Below are positions 59,939 through 64,000 of a DNA stretch of 64,000 nucleotides, piece by piece. The stretch is from positions 384,334-448,333 of the forward strand of contig JBFWNV010000002.1 in the NCBI GenBank assembly GCA_050250875.1, written 5' to 3'. The stretch comes from Vicinamibacterales bacterium (GTDB taxonomy: Bacteria > Acidobacteriota > Vicinamibacteria > Vicinamibacterales > UBA2999). The notes beneath the pieces are model-generated. The model was given only the letters and a program-made list of their open reading frames with translations, was not told the origin of the DNA and searched no databases. Made by a program: the position numbers and the translations under genes. Position 1 is the stretch's first letter; every line of letters starts with the position of its first letter.

Positions 59939-61083
59939 CTCGCCCGCCACGGCGCCTTGATGAGCAGCGCCGGATTCGCGCCGGCCTTCGGCACGAACTT
60001 CTGCGTGCGCCCGTACTGGTTGTCGCCGCCGTAGAGGTTGCCGGCCGAGTCCACCGAGAAGGTGTGCACCTCGAGGTAGCCGTCCGGCAGGTCGGGCGGC
60101 ACCAGCCAGGTGTAGAGCCGCGTCCCGGAGAAGTCCAGCTTCACGAAGCGCAGCGGCTTGAGATCCGTCATCCACACCGCGTCGTCGTTGACGATGAGGT
60201 CGAGCGGCAGCGAGAAGCCCGGCCACGCCGCGACGAACTCGACCTTCGCCGGATCGGCGGTCGTCCGGAAGACGTTGATGCGGCCGCCCGATCGGTCGAG
60301 CGCGAAGATGCGCCCGCCCGGGCCGATGGCCACCGCGTGCACGCCGTTGAATTGCCCCGGCCCGGTGCCCTTGCCGCCGAACTCGCCCAGGAAGCGCAGA
60401 TCCTTGTCGAAGATCATCACCCGGTGGTTGTCGAGCCCGTCGGCGATGAGTACCCGTCCGTCGGGCAGGAACGCGACGTCCTGCGGCTTGGCGAAATGCG
60501 TGGCGTCGGCGCCCGGCACCCCTTTCTCGCCCAGCGTGGTCAGCAACTGCTTCCCGTCGTTCGAGAACACGTAGATCTGATGGAACGTCTCGTTGACGAG
60601 CCACACGCGCCGCTGCGGGTCGTAGGGACTGATGCGCAGGCGGTGCGGCCCCGGCCCGTCGGAGCCCTCGCACAGCCGATCCCACTGCGTCCACCGCTCC
60701 TTCACCCGCCCGTCGCGGTCGAGGGTGTACAGGCAGTTCTGCCACACGCGCCGGTCGGCGAGCGTCAGCACGTTCATCTTGAGCGAGCCGGCGAAGCCTG
60801 AGAACTCGGGCGGCACCGGACTGGGCAGCCGGAACTCCCCTCGCTGCGCCACGAAGATCCGGTCCGGAGACTCGGCGAACACGCCGGAGTTGCCGCCGAA
60901 GGCGAAGCCAGGCGCCGCGAACGGCTTGTGCCAGCCACGCACGACGTCGTAAGGGCTCGGGCCGACCGGTCCGGGATCGACCGCTGGCGGCGGCGTGGCC
61001 GTTGGCGCCGGCGCCTGGGCCCGTGGGGCCGGCGCGGCGAGCACCAGTGCCAGCAGGGCGGCCGACCAGAACGCGCGGGACAT
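59935..61083 (-). CDS. NHL-repeat six-bladed beta-propeller protein (peptidylglycine-amidating-lyase-like), secreted
   Basis: ATG 61083. Signal peptide MSRAFWSAALLALVLAAPAPRAQA. NHL repeats (FAKPQDVAFLPDGRVLIADGLDNHRVMIFD, FNGVHAVAIGPGGRIFALDRSGGRINVF). Confidence 0.75.
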   Translation of the reverse strand: MSRAFWSAALLALVLAAPAPRAQAPAPTATPPPAVDPGPVGPSPYDVVRGWHKPFAAPGFAFGGNSGVFAESPDRIFVAQRGEFRLPSPVPPEFSGFAGSLKMNVLTLADRRVWQNCLYTLDRDGRVKERWTQWDRLCEGSDGPGPHRLRISPYDPQRRVWLVNETFHQIYVFSNDGKQLLTTLGEKGVPGADATHFAKPQDVAFLPDGRVLIADGLDNHRVMIFDKDLRFLGEFGGKGTGPGQFNGVHAVAIGPGGRIFALDRSGGRINVFRTTADPAKVEFVAAWPGFSLPLDLIVNDDAVWMTDLKPLRFVKLDFSGTRLYTWLVPPDLPDGYLEVHTFSVDSAGNLYGGDNQYGRTQKFVPKAGANPALLIKAPWRAR

Positions 61084-61094
61084 GGCCGCCGATC

Positions 61095-62015
61095 TTACTT
61101 CGTGCCAAGCGGCCGCAGCTGCTTCCACCGCTCGATGAACGCCGCCGCGGCGGCGACGAAGGCGTCGGTGTCCTCGCGGCCGCGTTCGGCGGACGCAGCG
61201 CTCAGCTCGCGCGCGCTCCACACACCGGTGGCGGTCATCTCCCTGGTCGAGGTCCCCTTGCCCGTCTCTTCGGCCTTGAGCGACTCGGCCAGGAACACGC
61301 GCGTGGCGGTGGGGTCGCCGGCCACCACCTCGGGCAGCATCTTCTGCAGGTGTGGCCGCAAGGTGAGCGGCGCGGTGCGGGCCGCCCGCATGTCGACGAG
61401 ATTCGGCGTGAGATACAGCGACGCCGAGGTCTCGTTGACGCCGCCGTGGCGGTCGAACTCGCGCGGCTCCCGCCGGGTCGAGCGTTTCAGGAACGGCTCG
61501 GCCGCCTCGCCCAGCTCCACCGCGATGCCGGCGGTCTCCTGGTTGATGCGATCGACGATGTAGCGGGTGGTCGCCAGGTTGCCGCCGTGGCTGTTGAGCA
61601 GCAGGACGCGCTTGAAGCCGTGGCGAATCAGGCTTTGCACCGCCTGGAAGTAGACGAGCTGGATGGTCTCGGCCGGCAGCGTGATCGTGCCGGGAAACGC
61701 CATGTGATACGGCGAGTTGCCGGGGAAGAGAATCGGCGCGACCAGCACGTCGGTCTTCTGCGCGACCAGCTTGGCTTCTTCCAGCCCGTTCAGGAAGTCG
61801 GTGCCGATCGGTCCCTGGTGGCCGTGCTCTTCCAGCGAGGCCACCGGGATGATCACCATGTCGGTGCGCGTGAGCAGGTCGCGCACCTCTGGCCAGGTCA
61901 TGTGCGGCAGGTAGTTCTTCACCTTCGCCTCCTGCCACAACGGGTTGGCGGCCTGCCCCCGGGCAGGAGCGGCGGCGACGACGATCGCGGCGATGGCGAG
62001 AGCGAATCGGAGCAT
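61095..62015 (-). CDS. Creatininase-family amidohydrolase with signal peptide
   Basis: ATG 62015. MLRFALAIAAIVVAAAPARGQ, followed by IIPVASLEEHGHQGPIGTDF and LLNSHGGN, which are typical of the creatininase fold. Confidence 0.75.
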   Translation of the reverse strand: MLRFALAIAAIVVAAAPARGQAANPLWQEAKVKNYLPHMTWPEVRDLLTRTDMVIIPVASLEEHGHQGPIGTDFLNGLEEAKLVAQKTDVLVAPILFPGNSPYHMAFPGTITLPAETIQLVYFQAVQSLIRHGFKRVLLLNSHGGNLATTRYIVDRINQETAGIAVELGEAAEPFLKRSTRREPREFDRHGGVNETSASLYLTPNLVDMRAARTAPLTLRPHLQKMLPEVVAGDPTATRVFLAESLKAEETGKGTSTREMTATGVWSARELSAASAERGREDTDAFVAAAAAFIERWKQLRPLGTK

Positions 62016-62035
62016 GGCGGTCCTCGCTGGCGTGG

Positions 62036-62545
62036 TCACTTGCTGCGCACGGCGGTCATGGTGAGTTCGAGGCGCGCGCCGCGGGCCAGGTCGCGCACGG
62101 CCACGGTGGAGCGTGCCGGATAGGCGCCGTTGGGGAACACCTCGCGGTACAGCTCGTTGAAGCGGGCGTAGTCGCCCATGTCGGCGAGATACGCGGTGAC
62201 GCCGACGACGTCGGCGAAGGTCATGTCGGCGGCCGCCAGCACGGTGCGCAGGTTGGCGACGATCTGCCGCATCTCGGCCTCGAGGCCGCCGGCGACGAGC
62301 TGGCCGGTGGCCGGGTCGCCGCCGGTGCTGCCGGAGAGATACAGCGTGTCGCCGACGAGGACCGCCGGCACCAGCGGTGCCGGCGACGGCTTGTGGCCGG
62401 CTGGCTGAATCACGCGGCGGTCCGGCGGCGCAGCGCGCGGGGCGTTCTGCTGGCCGACGGCGAATCCGCCGCCGGCGAAGAGAACGAGCAGCGGGACATG
62501 AACGGCGAGCCGTCGCCACGCCAGCAGAGCGTTCGAGACCGACAT
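62036..62545 (-). CDS. RidA/YjgF-family protein with N-terminal signal/anchor
   Basis: ATG 62545 after GGAGGGAGG. Hydrophobic N-terminus LLAWRRLAVHVPLLVLFAGGGFAVG. RidA core TLYLSGSTGGDPATGQLV...VGVTAYLADMGDYARFNELY...ARSTVAVRDLARGARLELTMTA. Confidence 0.8.
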   Translation of the reverse strand: MSVSNALLAWRRLAVHVPLLVLFAGGGFAVGQQNAPRAAPPDRRVIQPAGHKPSPAPLVPAVLVGDTLYLSGSTGGDPATGQLVAGGLEAEMRQIVANLRTVLAAADMTFADVVGVTAYLADMGDYARFNELYREVFPNGAYPARSTVAVRDLARGARLELTMTAVRSK

Positions 62546-62616
62546 CGGCGCCTCCCTCCGGCCACGCGGAGGGCGTGGCCGGTCGGCGCCAGTATGAAGG
62601 AGATCGCCGCCGCCGA

Positions 62617-63984
62617 TCAGATGCCGAAGCGCTCCGCGTCCCAGACCAGGCCGAGTTCCGAGGGCGGGGCCATGTAGCCGGCCAGCGCCGACGCCGCCAC
62701 CACCGACGGGCTGGCCAGGTAGCCCTCGCCGCCCAGCCCCATGCGGTTCTGCCAATTGCGGTTGAACGAGGTGATGGCGCGCTGGCCTTTGGCGAGCGCG
62801 TCGGGCCCCTGGCCGAAGCACGGACCGCACCACGAGTGGCGGATGACGCCACCGGCGCCGCGAAAGACGCCGGCAATCGACTCGCCGTCGAGCCGCGGAT
62901 CGGGGCGTTCGATGGCGTGCGTCACGCCGATCGACCCCGGGAAGATCACGAACTCCTTCGCCGCCGTCGTCAGGCCCCTGGCCCGCGCCGCCACCAGCAC
63001 CAGCGCCGCCGACAGCAGGTCGTCGTAGCTGCCATTGGTGCACGAGCCGATCATCGCCTTGTCGAAGGTGATCCGTTCGCGCGCCACCTCCTCGGCCGCG
63101 AACGCGTTGCCCGGCGAGAACGGCTTGGCGATCATCGGTTGCACGTCGGTGAGCGCCAGCTCCTCGTCGAGGGCGAACACCGCGTCCTCGCCGCACGCGA
63201 TCGGCGGATACGGCAGCGCGGTCATGCCCTTGGCGCGGTACCACGCAGACGTCGTCTCGTCGGGCGCGAAGATGCCGTTCAGCGCCTCGGCCTCGGCCAT
63301 CATGTTGGCGATGGTGTTGCGGAAGGTCATCGGCAGCTGACGGCCGGCGTCCACCAGCTCCACCGACATCCCCTGCGACTGCGTCGCGCCCCACCGGCGC
63401 AGCAGCTCGAGCACGATGTCCTTGCCGGTCACCCACTCGCGCAGCGTGCCGGTGAAGCGCACGCGCCGCTGCCGCGCCATCGTGACGTAGACGTAGCCGG
63501 TGGACCAGCCGAAGCCGAGCGTTGTCGATCCGACGCCGATCCCCACCGCGCCGTAGGCGCCGTAGGCGCGACTGTGCGAGTCGGCGCCGGGGATGAATTG
63601 CCCGGGCACGACCAGGCCCTGTTCGGGGAAGTAGAAATGGAAGATGCCGTCGCCGGGGTTGGCGTAGTACGGCTTCTCGAGGCCGTGCGCAGCCGCGAAC
63701 TGGCGGCCGATGGCGGTCTGCTTGTCGTCGTCGGCCTTGCCGGTGAACACGAAGTGGTCGTTGGCCACCGCCGCCTGGCGAGGGAAGACCGACTGCCCGC
63801 CGGTGATCTGGTTGAAGGTGTGGATGGCGAAGGGCGCGGTGCCGTCGGAGGCCGGCAGCAGGTCGGCGTAGACACGCAGCGTCGCCCCCGGATCCACGGC
63901 CGCGTCCTTGTCCACCCGGTGCGCCCACACGATCTGCTGCGTGGTGCTCAACCGCCGGGCGGTGGCAGCGTCGGGCCAGATCAC
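62617..63984 (-). CDS. Aconitase-family Fe-S dehydratase large subunit (LeuC/HacA-like); N-terminus may extend beyond the window
   Basis: GADSHS, GSCTNGSYDDL and WCGPCFG cluster-ligand motifs. GTG 63984 is a plausible start, but the frame stays open to position 63999. Confidence 0.75.
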   Translation of the reverse strand: MIWPDAATARRLSTTQQIVWAHRVDKDAAVDPGATLRVYADLLPASDGTAPFAIHTFNQITGGQSVFPRQAAVANDHFVFTGKADDDKQTAIGRQFAAAHGLEKPYYANPGDGIFHFYFPEQGLVVPGQFIPGADSHSRAYGAYGAVGIGVGSTTLGFGWSTGYVYVTMARQRRVRFTGTLREWVTGKDIVLELLRRWGATQSQGMSVELVDAGRQLPMTFRNTIANMMAEAEALNGIFAPDETTSAWYRAKGMTALPYPPIACGEDAVFALDEELALTDVQPMIAKPFSPGNAFAAEEVARERITFDKAMIGSCTNGSYDDLLSAALVLVAARARGLTTAAKEFVIFPGSIGVTHAIERPDPRLDGESIAGVFRGAGGVIRHSWCGPCFGQGPDALAKGQRAITSFNRNWQNRMGLGGEGYLASPSVVAASALAGYMAPPSELGLVWDAERFGI

Positions 63985-64000
63985 CTCGGGCTGGCGCGCC

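Noticed and set aside
5894-62876. Over-extended N-termini in the track (for example 5894-7750, 22652-24937, 31269-33353, 55788-57962, 58499-61108, 59935-61938, 61095-62876, 62036-63928)
   Set aside because: The longest-ORF rule runs through the upstream neighbour in another frame. Internal starts give canonical signal peptides, SD sequences or 4-nt ATGA/GTGA coupling with the upstream stop, so I trimmed to those.
1-64000. Mobile elements, prophage remnants, tRNA/rRNA genes, genomic-island borders
   Set aside because: No integrase, transposase or recombinase-like translations, no tRNA-like cloverleaf candidates in the short intergenic regions, and no obvious compositional break apart from small AT-enriched promoter and spacer islands.

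Overview
Very GC-rich (about 70 % by eye, not computed) bacterial chromosomal segment. It is densely packed with about 42 protein-coding genes. I found no rRNA, tRNA, CRISPR array, transposase, integrase or phage genes. The gene content suggests Acidobacteriota, possibly Vicinamibacteria-like (inference only): an ADOP-type duplicated FtsX permease, a TIGR03436-like secreted VWA protein, CarboxypepD_reg-type TonB-dependent receptors and a DUF1592/DUF1552 pair. The supplied ORF track accepts GTG and TTG starts and takes the longest ORF. Many of its ORFs are therefore antisense 'shadow' ORFs or carry false N-terminal extensions. I trimmed starts to sites supported by a signal peptide, a Shine-Dalgarno sequence or translational coupling. 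Main content: (i) an unusual density of secreted peptidases and hydrolases (M14 x2, M28 x2, M48, M20, M19, M23, three serine beta-lactamase-fold hydrolases, GH88/105, creatininase-family, NHL); (ii) three TonB-dependent receptors, one in a PepSY(PiuB-like)/STN-receptor/PiuC iron-uptake operon; (iii) a LytS/LytTR two-component pair; (iv) a DUF1592/DUF1552/ankyrin trio. The best candidate for an undescribed system is a five-gene minus-strand operon (31269-40742). It encodes an atypically long ECF-like sigma factor, a membrane anti-sigma factor fused to TPR repeats and an extracytoplasmic CHAT (caspase-like) protease domain, a Tat-exported unknown protein, a 1031-aa secreted unknown protein and a secreted VWA protein. 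The non-coding DNA also holds several features that the genes do not explain. These are heptanucleotide tandem arrays, two GATC-saturated tracts, a REP-like palindromic element, Fur-box-like twin operators, a 24-bp perfect AT-rich palindrome, and repeated TAGAAT -10 boxes 6-8 nt from start codons (leaderless-type).
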